Positions 53,609 through 62,297 of a stretch of DNA of 64,000 nucleotides are shown one piece after another. Location: positions 6,071-70,070 of the forward strand of contig CAYUZO010000005.1 in assembly GCA_964449735.1 (NCBI GenBank), given 5' to 3'. The notes below the pieces were generated by a model. That model ran no database searches, had not been told where the DNA came from, and saw only the letters and a list, made by a program, of their open reading frames with translations. The stretch comes from an uncultured Ferrimicrobium sp. (GTDB taxonomy: Bacteria; Actinomycetota; Acidimicrobiia; Acidimicrobiales; RAAP-2). Each line of letters begins with the position of its first letter. Position 1 is the first letter of the stretch. A program made the translations under genes and the position numbers.

Positions 53609-53873
53609 CTGGCAACCTCCCGGGGCCCTTCCAGGCTAGCCAGGTCACTGGCCGAGTGGGCCGAGAAGGACCGGGGTCGCCCTTAGGTTTCTTCTGCCGG
53701 CGGCGGGATGGAAAGGGCCCCTAATCAGGGCGCTAACTGTCCGTAACGTCGTAACAGTTTCGTGACATTCGGCCACGAATTGGCCTAGTTTCCCTACTTT
53801 GGAGGGAGGAGGAGGGGCTCGCCGCCGAGGGATCTGGGGGAAGAGGAACTCATCCCACGCGAGCCGCACAACC

Positions 53874-54683
53874 ATGACGCTTGAGAACCCCCAGACCCCC
53901 ATCGAGTTGCCCGCGCGCGAGGTCAAGCCACGGTCGAGCGGACTGACCATGGTGATCGACGGCGGGCTGCCTACCGGCTACTTCACGGACCTCATCGAGA
54001 GCCACGCCGACCACATCGACTTCATCAAGTTCGGCTGGGGGACCTCGCTCGTCACTCGCCAGATCCGCCAGAAGGTGAAGGTCCTCGACGCCGAGGGTGT
54101 CGACTACTACTTCGGCGGGACCCTCCTCGAGAAGTTCCTCATCCAAGGCCGATTTGACGAGTTCCGCACCTTCCTCGCCTCGCTCGGCGCCCGCGTCGTC
54201 GAGGTCAGCAACGGCACGGCCCATCTCAGCGACGAGGACAAGGCGACCTACGTGGCCGAGCTCGCGAAGGACTTCCGGGTGGTCAGCGAGGTTGGCTCGA
54301 AGGACCAGGCGAACTCGGACACGATGGCCCCTTACAAGTGGATCGAGTGCATCCGCGCCGACATCGAGGCGGGCGCCGAGCTGGTGACCCTGGAGACCCG
54401 CGAGTCCGGGCGGGGTGGGATCTGCCGCTCCAACGGGGAGCTTCGCTACGGGTTGATCGAGGAGATCCTGACCTCGGGAGTGGAGCCCGATCGCCTGATC
54501 TTCGAGGCGCCTTCGACCGAGTTGCAGAACTACTTCGCCAAGCGGGTCGGACCCAACGTCAACCTGGGGAACATCGCGGCGACCGACGTCATCGGAGTCG
54601 AGACGATCCGCCTTGGTCTGCGTTCGGAGACCCTCTACTCCTTCGAGCCCGAGGAGCGTCAGGGTACCGTGGGTGGCCTGTGA
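53874..54683 (+). CDS. comA: (2R)-phospho-3-sulfolactate synthase (ComA family)
   Basis: The 269-aa protein starts at ATG 53874. ComA-family blocks are KPRSSGLTMVIDGG, DFIKFGWGTS and VEVSNGT, along a TIM-barrel length pattern. Confidence 0.8.
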   Translation: MTLENPQTPIELPAREVKPRSSGLTMVIDGGLPTGYFTDLIESHADHIDFIKFGWGTSLVTRQIRQKVKVLDAEGVDYYFGGTLLEKFLIQGRFDEFRTFLASLGARVVEVSNGTAHLSDEDKATYVAELAKDFRVVSEVGSKDQANSDTMAPYKWIECIRADIEAGAELVTLETRESGRGGICRSNGELRYGLIEEILTSGVEPDRLIFEAPSTELQNYFAKRVGPNVNLGNIAATDVIGVETIRLGLRSETLYSFEPEERQGTVGGL

Positions 54684-55096
54684 GAGAGAGCAGGGACGTC
54701 TTCCACCTGGCCATCCCGACCTGGGACCTCGATGAGGCGGTCGCCTTCTACGTCGGGACCCTCGGGTGCAAGCTCGCACGACGCTACGAGGACCGGATCA
54801 CGCTCGACTTCTTCGGCGACCAACTGGTCTGCCACCTCTCCCCCGCCCCCGAGCCCCGCCCCACCTTGGCCGACCTCACGACGATGTACCCGCGCCACTT
54901 CGGAGTTACCTTCCGTGACGCGGAGGACTTCGCTCGCCTCCACCGCCTCTGCCAGGAGCGCGGCGTCCCCTTCTACTCCGACGTGGCCCGCCGCTTCGAG
55001 GGCCGCATCGAGGTCCACTCGACCTTCGTGATCGCCGACCCGGCACTGAACCTGCTCGAGTTCAAGCACTACGACGATCCGCGGATGATGTACTAG
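54680..55096 (+). CDS. VOC-superfamily (glyoxalase/dioxygenase fold) protein
   Basis: The 138-aa protein starts at GTG 54680, overlapping the comA stop as GTGA. It has FHLAIPTWDLDEAVAFYVGTLGC and HFGVTF blocks. Confidence 0.7.
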   Translation: MRESRDVFHLAIPTWDLDEAVAFYVGTLGCKLARRYEDRITLDFFGDQLVCHLSPAPEPRPTLADLTTMYPRHFGVTFRDAEDFARLHRLCQERGVPFYSDVARRFEGRIEVHSTFVIADPALNLLEFKHYDDPRMMY

Positions 55097-55100
55097 CCCC

Positions 55101-56564
55101 GTGTCCGACCTCGCCACCCTCTCTGAGCTCGTCGCGAGGCAGTCGGCCCGAGGTGATGATCCCTATCTGCTCGAGGTCCGCGGCCCGCGCGTGCTCGCCT
55201 ACGCGGACCTCCCGCGAGTTCTCGGCGCCTGGGCGGCCCGCCTGGAGCTGGCGGGAGTCGCTCCCGGCGAGAGGGTCGCCCTGTCCCTGTCGGACCCCCT
55301 CGACTTGGCGGAGGCGCTGCTCGGCACCATCGCCTCGGGTCGATGGGCCGCGCCGCTCGACCCCGGTCTCGAGGCCGGCCACCCCGGCGCCGCGCGCGCG
55401 CGCGCGACCCGCTTGGAGGCCGCGGCGCTGGTGACGGGGGTCGATGAGCCGATCGAGCGGCTGTCGACGTCGGCGACGACTCGAGAGGGTGGGGGCATCG
55501 TCCTGGCCTCCTCCGGGACTACGGGGACCCCGAAGGTCATGGCCCTCTCCACCCGGCAGTTGCTCGCGACCGCCGAGCTGATCAGCCACCACCATCGCCT
55601 CAGTCCCGCGGACCGCGGATTCAACCCCTTGCCGCTCTTCCACATCAACGCCGAGGTCGTCGGCCTGCTTTCGACCTTGGTCGCGGGAGCCTCTCTCGCC
55701 CTCGACGAGCGCTTCCACCGGACCCGCTTCTGGTCCGAGGTCGAGCGCCTCGGTGCGACGTGGGTCAACGCGGTGCCCGCGATCATCGCGCGCCTCGCCG
55801 TGCTGCAGCCCGGCGAGCAAGTGCCCGGCGGCGTCCGCTTCGTCCGCTCCGCCTCCGCCCCGCTGGCCCCGGCCCTACTCGAGGAGTTCGAGGCCACCAC
55901 CGGTCTCGCCGTGATCGAGACCTACGGGATGACCGAGGCCGCGAGCCAGATCTGCGCGAACCCACTCGAGGGACCCCGCAAGGCCGGGTCGGTCGGGCGC
56001 CCAGTGGGCGTGCGGGTGCGGGTGCGCACCGGCACCGCCGACGCCGGACCGGGTGAGGTCGGTGAGGTGGAGATCTGCGGACCCACGGTGATCGACCACT
56101 ACGAGTCACCGGGCTACGAGTCGCGCTTCAGCCCCGATGGATGGTTGCACACGGGCGACCTCGGCTACCTCGACGAGGAGGGCTACCTCTTCCTCGCGGG
56201 ACGCTCGGACGACGTGATCAACCGCGGCGGCGAGAAGATCCTGCCCCGCGAGATCGAGGAGGTCCTCCTCGGTGCGCCTGAGGTCGCCGGCGCGGCGGTC
56301 GTCGGTCGAGCCGACCAGGTCTTCGGACAGGTGCCGGTCGCCTACGTCGAGCTCGACGGAATCGGGCCGGACAGCGCGATCGAGGTCGTCGCCCCGATCT
56401 TGAAGGACCTTCGCGAGCGCCTCGTCGATGCCTTCCCCCGCACCAGGAGACCGGCCAGCGTGAACGTCGTGTCGGCCCTGCCCTCGCACGTCAACGGCAA
56501 GATCCGCCGGTCCGAGTTGCGTGACACCCTGCCGGACCCTCTCTTCAGCGAAGAGGTCGGCTAG
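55101..56564 (+). CDS. ANL-superfamily adenylate-forming enzyme (AMP-dependent synthetase/ligase)
   Basis: SSGTTGTPK, YGMTE, TGDLGY and GRSDDVINRGGEKI are present in a 487-aa ORF. Confidence 0.9.
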   Translation: MSDLATLSELVARQSARGDDPYLLEVRGPRVLAYADLPRVLGAWAARLELAGVAPGERVALSLSDPLDLAEALLGTIASGRWAAPLDPGLEAGHPGAARARATRLEAAALVTGVDEPIERLSTSATTREGGGIVLASSGTTGTPKVMALSTRQLLATAELISHHHRLSPADRGFNPLPLFHINAEVVGLLSTLVAGASLALDERFHRTRFWSEVERLGATWVNAVPAIIARLAVLQPGEQVPGGVRFVRSASAPLAPALLEEFEATTGLAVIETYGMTEAASQICANPLEGPRKAGSVGRPVGVRVRVRTGTADAGPGEVGEVEICGPTVIDHYESPGYESRFSPDGWLHTGDLGYLDEEGYLFLAGRSDDVINRGGEKILPREIEEVLLGAPEVAGAAVVGRADQVFGQVPVAYVELDGIGPDSAIEVVAPILKDLRERLVDAFPRTRRPASVNVVSALPSHVNGKIRRSELRDTLPDPLFSEEVG

Positions 56565-56568
56565 TCCC

Positions 56569-57822
56569 ATGAGTCAGGAAGCCTCCGCCGGAGGCACCCG
56601 CAAGCGGCTCGACCACGTCGACGCGATGCGCCCCATCAAGCAGGCGGCGGTCATCTCGACCCACGCCATCATCTTCCTCGCCCCGGGCTACGCCGGTCTG
56701 GCGCGCACCAACATGCTCATCTTCACCCACTTCTCCCGAGAGGCCTTCCTCTTCGTGTCGGCCTGCATGCTCGCCTACAGCTACCGCGACTCCGATCGGG
56801 TCGTGCTCGGCCACTACGCGAAGCGCCGGTGGTGGGCGGTGGGCGTCCCCTACCTCGTCTGGACCGCGATCTACTTCCTCTACCTCGCCCTCGTCCCGCG
56901 CAGCGGCTTCCCCTTCTACGGCGTCAACGGCGCGATGATCTGGTCCTGGCACGGGCTGTGGCGACTCACGCATCTCGCCCTCGTGGGCTACTACCACCTG
57001 TACTACCTGCTCGTCATCGCCGAGTTCTATGTCCTGTTCCCGTGGCTGGTGCGCTGGGTGAAGTCCTTGCCCACGCCGGCCCAGGTGCGCCTGGTCGTGG
57101 CGACGCTGGCCTTCCAGATCCTCTACGACTCCCTCTGGGCCGACTTCTACAACGCGCTGGCTCGCATCCACCTGGCCTCCACCGGCAACCAGGGGTTCTG
57201 GGAGACCCGAATCGTCACCTCCTACGCCTTCTACCTCGTCGCGGGGGTGGTCGTGGCCCTGCACCTCGACGTGGTGCACGACTGGATCGTGCGCCACCGG
57301 GCGCTCATCCTGCTGGGCACGCCGCTCGCGGGTCTCGGGGCGGTGGCCCTCAACTACTGGAACCCGCAGTCGGATCTGCTGCGCCACCTGCTGGTGCCGG
57401 GGATCAACCCCTTCTCGATGGTGGTGATCCCCTACAACGTGGGGGCGATTCTGTGCGTCTACCTGCTCGGGGTCTTCCTCGTCAGCCCGAGGCGCTCCTG
57501 GCGCACCCGGGCCGCCACCGCGTCGGGATCGGACAACGCCTACGGCATCTACCTGACCCAGCTGATCTGGATCCCCATCGTCGGGAGGCTCCTGCCCGTG
57601 CACCACCCGCCGATCCCCTGGCCCCTGTTCACTCTGGGGTGCATGGTGATCGTGTACCTCACCGGCTTCCTCTTCTCGGCTCTGGTGGCCCGCACGCCGG
57701 TGGCCCGCGCGGTCGTCGGCCGCTCGCCCACCAGCTGGGCCAGCCTCTGGCCGCGCCTGCGCCTAGTCCCCTCCACGGCCGGCGCCCCCGACGGCCCCCT
57801 CGACCTCACCGCGAGCGACTGA
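56569..57822 (+). CDS. membrane acyltransferase_3 (OafA/YrhL-type O-acyltransferase)
   Basis: It starts at Met17 of the ORF-track frame. It has RLDHVDAMRPIKQAAV (the Arg/His motif of acyltransferase_3) and ~10 TM segments. Confidence 0.82.
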   Translation: MSQEASAGGTRKRLDHVDAMRPIKQAAVISTHAIIFLAPGYAGLARTNMLIFTHFSREAFLFVSACMLAYSYRDSDRVVLGHYAKRRWWAVGVPYLVWTAIYFLYLALVPRSGFPFYGVNGAMIWSWHGLWRLTHLALVGYYHLYYLLVIAEFYVLFPWLVRWVKSLPTPAQVRLVVATLAFQILYDSLWADFYNALARIHLASTGNQGFWETRIVTSYAFYLVAGVVVALHLDVVHDWIVRHRALILLGTPLAGLGAVALNYWNPQSDLLRHLLVPGINPFSMVVIPYNVGAILCVYLLGVFLVSPRRSWRTRAATASGSDNAYGIYLTQLIWIPIVGRLLPVHHPPIPWPLFTLGCMVIVYLTGFLFSALVARTPVARAVVGRSPTSWASLWPRLRLVPSTAGAPDGPLDLTASD

Positions 57823-57823
57823 C

Positions 57824-58387
57824 CTACTCGGGGGTGTGCAGCTCCCAGGTGGTCGCGTTGTGGACCGACCCCCAGGGCGAGCCGGTGACGAGGGGGCGAC
57901 CCTCGGCCCAGGCGAGCAGCGCCCGCACCGTCCCGCCGTGGGTCACCAGGAGCAGGCGGCGCTCCCCGTGGGTGGCGAGCAGGCCCTGCGCGCAGGCGGC
58001 CGCGCGCCGGTAGAGCTCGCCCACTGACTCACCGCCCTCGGGGGCGGCTCCATCGTCGAGGACCCGTCCCTCACCGAGCCCCACGAGCTCGGGGGTCGCC
58101 GCCTCGAGGGGACCGCGCTCGAGCAACCCGTAGTGACGCTCGCGCAGGCCCGGCTCGAAGAGGACCTCGACGCCCAGCGCGGCGGCACAGATCTCGGCGC
58201 TCTGGCGCGTGCGGGTGAGATCGGAGCTGACGATCAGCTCGATGCCGGCCCCGACGAGGCCCTCCGCGGCGCGCTCGACCTGGGCGCGGCCCTCGGGGGT
58301 GAGGACCGCCTCGTCGTCCTGGCCCTGGACCCGGCGAGCCCGGTTCCAGGTGGACTCACCGTGGCGCAGCAGCCGCCAGAGGGCCAT
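57824..58387 (-). CDS. histidine phosphatase family protein (phosphoglycerate-mutase-like)
   Basis: The RHGES motif (LLRHGESTWN) is present in a 187-aa ORF. Confidence 0.88.
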   Translation of the reverse strand: MALWRLLRHGESTWNRARRVQGQDDEAVLTPEGRAQVERAAEGLVGAGIELIVSSDLTRTRQSAEICAAALGVEVLFEPGLRERHYGLLERGPLEAATPELVGLGEGRVLDDGAAPEGGESVGELYRRAAACAQGLLATHGERRLLLVTHGGTVRALLAWAEGRPLVTGSPWGSVHNATTWELHTPE

Positions 58388-59151
58388 CAGTCCATGAAGG
58401 CGCCGCCGTTGACCGACAGCGCCTCACCGGTGATGAAGGAGGCCTCTTCGCTCGCGAGGAAGGCCACCGCTCGCGCCACGTCCTCGGGAGTCTCGAGGCG
58501 CCCGAGGGGGGTGTCGCCGATCCACAGCTGGCGCACCGACTCCGGGTCGGTCCCGCGCAGCGTCGCCTCCCAGACCAGCTCGCGGTCCTGCATCGGCGTC
58601 GCCACGAAGCCGGGGCAGACGCTGTTCACCCGAATCCCGTGGGGTGCGAGCTCGAAGGCCATCGCCTGGGTCAACCCGAGGACGGCGAACTTGGAGGCCA
58701 CGTAGTCGGCGAGGAAGGGGACCCGGCCCTGCTTGGCCGCCATCGAGGCGGTATTGACGATCACGCCGCCTCGACCCAGAGCGATCATGGCCCGCGCCGC
58801 CGACTGGCCGGTGAAGAGGATGCCGAGGGTGTTGACCTCGAGGGTGCGCCGCGCGGCGGCCGGGGTGATCTCGACGAAGCGGGCCATCGAGGAGATGCCG
58901 GCGTTCGCCGCCACCACGTCCAGTCGGCCGCGGTCGGCGACCACGGCGTCCACCAACTGGTCGACCGCCGCGGGGTCGGTCACGTCCAGTCGATGGGCGC
59001 GCGCGCCCTCGAGGCGCTGGGCGACTGCGCGGGCCGCGTCGAGGTCGACATCGGTGACCTCGACCAGATGGCCGCGCTCGCTCAGGGTGGTCGCGATGGC
59101 TGCGCCGATGCCCGAGCCGGCTCCGGTGACGATGGCGACGGATGGGGTCAC
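58387..59151 (-). CDS. short-chain dehydrogenase/reductase (sugar-alcohol dehydrogenase-like)
   Basis: VTGAGSGIG, NAG and YVASK blocks are present in a 254-aa ORF. Confidence 0.9.
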   Translation of the reverse strand: MTPSVAIVTGAGSGIGAAIATTLSERGHLVEVTDVDLDAARAVAQRLEGARAHRLDVTDPAAVDQLVDAVVADRGRLDVVAANAGISSMARFVEITPAAARRTLEVNTLGILFTGQSAARAMIALGRGGVIVNTASMAAKQGRVPFLADYVASKFAVLGLTQAMAFELAPHGIRVNSVCPGFVATPMQDRELVWEATLRGTDPESVRQLWIGDTPLGRLETPEDVARAVAFLASEEASFITGEALSVNGGAFMD

Positions 59152-60629
59152 GACGAGCTCCTCGCGAGTCGATGGGATAGGGGGGTGGTGGCTACGGTGA
59201 GGGCCTGGAAGTCACGGTATCGCTCGGCGTAGAGGGCCTGTCGAGCCGGGTCGGGGTCGATCACCTCGCCATCGCGCAGCGCCCCCACCGGGTAGGTCCA
59301 GTCCTCGATCGAGCCGACGCCGATGCCGGCCAGCACGGCGGCGGCGAAGCTGGCGCCGGGATGGTCGATGATCGAGGTGAGCGGGGTCGCCAGCACGTCG
59401 GCGAGGATCTCGCGCCACAGTCGGCTGCGGGATCCGCCATTGGTGACCACGCAGCGGCGCACCTCGAGCCCGCGCTCGGCGAAGACCTCGACGTGGGAGC
59501 GAAAGCCGTAGGCGATGGCCTCCAGGAAGGCCCGGTGCAGGTCGGCCCGCGTCGTGCCGAGGTGCAGCCCCAGGACGGCGCCTCGCAGATCGGGGTCGTG
59601 CAGTGGCGTCTTCTCGCCGAGGAAGTAGGGCAGCGCCAGCAGGGCCCCCGGGGTGGCCGCCCGGGCCGCCGCGTCGAGGTCGCTCAGCTCCACTCCCCCA
59701 AAGAGGGCCTGCTCCCAGCGCAGGAGTGATCCCGAGGTGGCCATGCAGCCGTTGGGCAGCCACTTGCCGGGCACCGGGTGGGCGTCGAGGTAGAGCCGCT
59801 CGTCGACCAGGGGCTCGTCGGCCACGGCCAGGATGTCGCCCGCGCCACCCAGCTTCACGAGGCAGTCGCCGGGCGCCACCAGCCCCGCGCCGTAGGCGCT
59901 CAGCACGTGGTCGGCCCCGCCCACCACGATCGCCGCCCCCACGGGCAGCCCGGTCGCCGCCGCGGCCGCGGCGCTGATCGAGCCGACGACGTCGCCGGGC
60001 TGGCGCACCGCGAGCAGCGCCGGCCACTCGACCATCGTGGCCTCGCGCACCTCGGAGAGCTCGCGCAGGTCCAGGCTGAACAGCCCACTCTCGATCGCCC
60101 AGTTGGCCTCGACGTGGGGCTCCGCCCCGAGGCGGGCCGCCATCCAGTCGTAGGAGCCGCGCACCGAGCGGGTGGCGGCCCAGACGGCGGGCTCGTGACG
60201 GGCCAACCAGAGGGCGGTCGGGGCGACCGACTGTTGGGAGAGGACCGAGCCGGTCAGGCCCAGCAGGTCCACCCCAGCGAGGGCCGCGCGCAACTCCTCC
60301 ACCTCGACCGCCGCCCGCGCGTCGTTCTGCAAGATGGCCGGGCGCAGGGGGTTGCCTTCGGCGTCGCACAGGACCACCGCCGGCACCATGCCCGAGACGG
60401 CGACGGCCGCGATCGCCTCGGCGCCGACCCCGGCCTCGTCCAACAGCAGCGGCACCGAGTCGATCAGGGCCTGCCACCACTCACGCGGGTCGGCCTCAGC
60501 CCACCCGGGCCGGGCGCTGGTGAGGGCGACCGGTCGGGTCGCGCGCGCCACCAGCCCGCGCGCCGGGTCGACGAGCGCCGTCTTGACCCCCGAGGAGCCG
60601 AGGTCGACCCCGAGGAGCAGCTCAGCCAC
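59148..60629 (-). CDS. FGGY-family carbohydrate kinase
   Basis: The N-terminal LLGVDLGSSGVKTALVD and the C-terminal FGGY_C pattern (NGGSRSRLWREILADV) are present in a 493-aa ORF. Confidence 0.9.
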   Translation of the reverse strand: MAELLLGVDLGSSGVKTALVDPARGLVARATRPVALTSARPGWAEADPREWWQALIDSVPLLLDEAGVGAEAIAAVAVSGMVPAVVLCDAEGNPLRPAILQNDARAAVEVEELRAALAGVDLLGLTGSVLSQQSVAPTALWLARHEPAVWAATRSVRGSYDWMAARLGAEPHVEANWAIESGLFSLDLRELSEVREATMVEWPALLAVRQPGDVVGSISAAAAAATGLPVGAAIVVGGADHVLSAYGAGLVAPGDCLVKLGGAGDILAVADEPLVDERLYLDAHPVPGKWLPNGCMATSGSLLRWEQALFGGVELSDLDAAARAATPGALLALPYFLGEKTPLHDPDLRGAVLGLHLGTTRADLHRAFLEAIAYGFRSHVEVFAERGLEVRRCVVTNGGSRSRLWREILADVLATPLTSIIDHPGASFAAAVLAGIGVGSIEDWTYPVGALRDGEVIDPDPARQALYAERYRDFQALTVATTPLSHRLARSSS

Positions 60630-61425
60630 CGCGGGCCGCTCCCACGAAGCGCTTCACGCGCTCGGGGTCCACCGGGTTCCAGGTGTAGCCGTCGATCTTG
60701 AGGTCACTGCCGACGATGCAGCCGTCGGCGTACTCGAGGTAGGTGGCGATCGTGCCCGCCTTGGCCCCGGTGTTGAGTAGGACCGGGATCTCCGGGTCCA
60801 GCGCCTCGCGCACCGAGGCGATCGTCGACAGCTCCGGCTCGGACCCGGCCATCGGGCCCGAGACCAGGATCACGTCAGCCAGGGAGGAGACGACCGTCGA
60901 GCGCGCCATCTGGGCCGGCGTCCGCGCGCCGACCGAGGAGGCGAACTCCGGGGTGACGTTGGCGAAGACGGCCAGGTCGTCGCGTCCGAGGTTGCGCCGG
61001 TTGCGCAGCAGGGCCGCCGCGTCGGGCGCCCACAGCCCCATGTCGGACTCCCAGGTGCCGGTGACCACCTCGCGCATGAAGCTGGCGCCGGTCGCGACCG
61101 CCACTGCCAGCGCGCACTGGGCGTCCCAGAGGTAGTCGACGCCAAAGGGGCGGTCGTCGGGGCGGCACTCGGTCACGACGCGGGCCATCACCGCGGCCGC
61201 GTCAAGCGGGGCCTGCAACTGGTAGGGACGGTCCCCTTCGTTGCAGAACAGCACCGCGTCGAAGCCCCCCTCGAGCAGGAGCTCGAGATCGCGCTTGACG
61301 TGATCGACCAGACCGGTAACACCCTCGACGTGGTCGTAGAGGGGCGTGCCCGGTAGCGGTGGCACGTGGGCCATGGCGATGAGGGGCTTGGCCACCTCGG
61401 GGAAGATCAGACGGAAACGGCTCAC
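60622..61425 (-). CDS. BtpA/SgcQ-family TIM-barrel protein
   Basis: The 267-aa ORF has the N-terminal LIAMAHVPPLPGTPLYD block characteristic of the family. Confidence 0.75.
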   Translation of the reverse strand: MSRFRLIFPEVAKPLIAMAHVPPLPGTPLYDHVEGVTGLVDHVKRDLELLLEGGFDAVLFCNEGDRPYQLQAPLDAAAVMARVVTECRPDDRPFGVDYLWDAQCALAVAVATGASFMREVVTGTWESDMGLWAPDAAALLRNRRNLGRDDLAVFANVTPEFASSVGARTPAQMARSTVVSSLADVILVSGPMAGSEPELSTIASVREALDPEIPVLLNTGAKAGTIATYLEYADGCIVGSDLKIDGYTWNPVDPERVKRFVGAARGG

Positions 61426-62207
61426 GGGGCCTCCTCACTGGCGAAGGGTTCGACATTCAGCACGTCCACGCCGAGGCGGCGCGCCGCCACCACCACGCGG
61501 TGGCCGGGATGGGCGTCGGTCACGATCAGGTCGATCTCCCCCAAGGGCGTCACGCGGGCGAAGGCCCCGCGGCCCAACTTGGTGGAGTCGGCCGCGACGA
61601 TGGCGCGCCGCGCCGAGCGCAGGGCGGCTCGCTTGACCATCGCGTCATCGGGGTTGTACTCGCTCACGCCGCTCTCGTCGACGCCCGCGGCGCCCAGCAC
61701 GGCGACGTCACAGCGCAGGTCCTCGTACCACCGGCTGGCCGTCTCGCCGACCAGGCTCAACTCGCCCGGGCGGACCTCGCCGCCGGTGAGGTAGGTGCGG
61801 AAGCCGCCGCGCGCGCCGAGCTCGGCGGCGATGAGGACGGAGTTCGTGACGACGGTGATCCCGGCGGTCTCGTCGAGGGCTCGGGCCACGGCGAGCGTCG
61901 TCGTGCCCACGTCGAGGGCCACGGTCTCGCCCGGCCCGATCAGCGCCGCCACCGCTGCCCCGATGCGCCGTTTGGCGTCGGCCTGATCCGAGGCCCGTTG
62001 GATCACGGGGGGCTCGTAGGCCCGGCTCTCCACGGCGACCGCTCCGCGACGGGCCCGGCGCACCAGCCCCTCCATCTCGAGCTGGTCGAGGTCGCGCCGG
62101 ATGGTCATCTCCGAGGTCCCGTAGGCCGCAGCCAAATCGGGAATCGTGGCCTCGCCGTCGCGACGGAGCCGCTCGGCGATGGCGGCGCGACGCTGCTTGA
62201 CGTTCAC
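61422..62207 (-). CDS. DeoR-family transcriptional regulator
   Basis: The HTH IPDLAAAYGTSEMTIRRDLDQLEMEGLV and a DeoR C-terminal sensor domain are present. Confidence 0.9.
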   Translation of the reverse strand: MNVKQRRAAIAERLRRDGEATIPDLAAAYGTSEMTIRRDLDQLEMEGLVRRARRGAVAVESRAYEPPVIQRASDQADAKRRIGAAVAALIGPGETVALDVGTTTLAVARALDETAGITVVTNSVLIAAELGARGGFRTYLTGGEVRPGELSLVGETASRWYEDLRCDVAVLGAAGVDESGVSEYNPDDAMVKRAALRSARRAIVAADSTKLGRGAFARVTPLGEIDLIVTDAHPGHRVVVAARRLGVDVLNVEPFASEEAP

Positions 62208-62297
62208 GCGCTCACTCTATGTGAGAAATGCACACTCTGAAGGAGGAAAATGTTCTTCCTTCACATTCTGAGTGGTTTGGGTGATCGTGCCTCTCAC

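Noticed and set aside
53609-53873. Riboswitch upstream of comA (purine-rich GGAGGGAGGAGGAGGGG tract, short GTAAC repeats, small GGCCA/TGGCC hairpin)
   Set aside because: I could not fit any known riboswitch architecture by eye. The features are too short to support a call without a covariance-model scan.
59212-60480. 422-aa minus-strand ORF overlapping the FGGY kinase in another frame
   Set aside because: It is Arg/Gly/Pro-rich. The FGGY frame carries the canonical N-terminal DLGSSG and C-terminal motifs.
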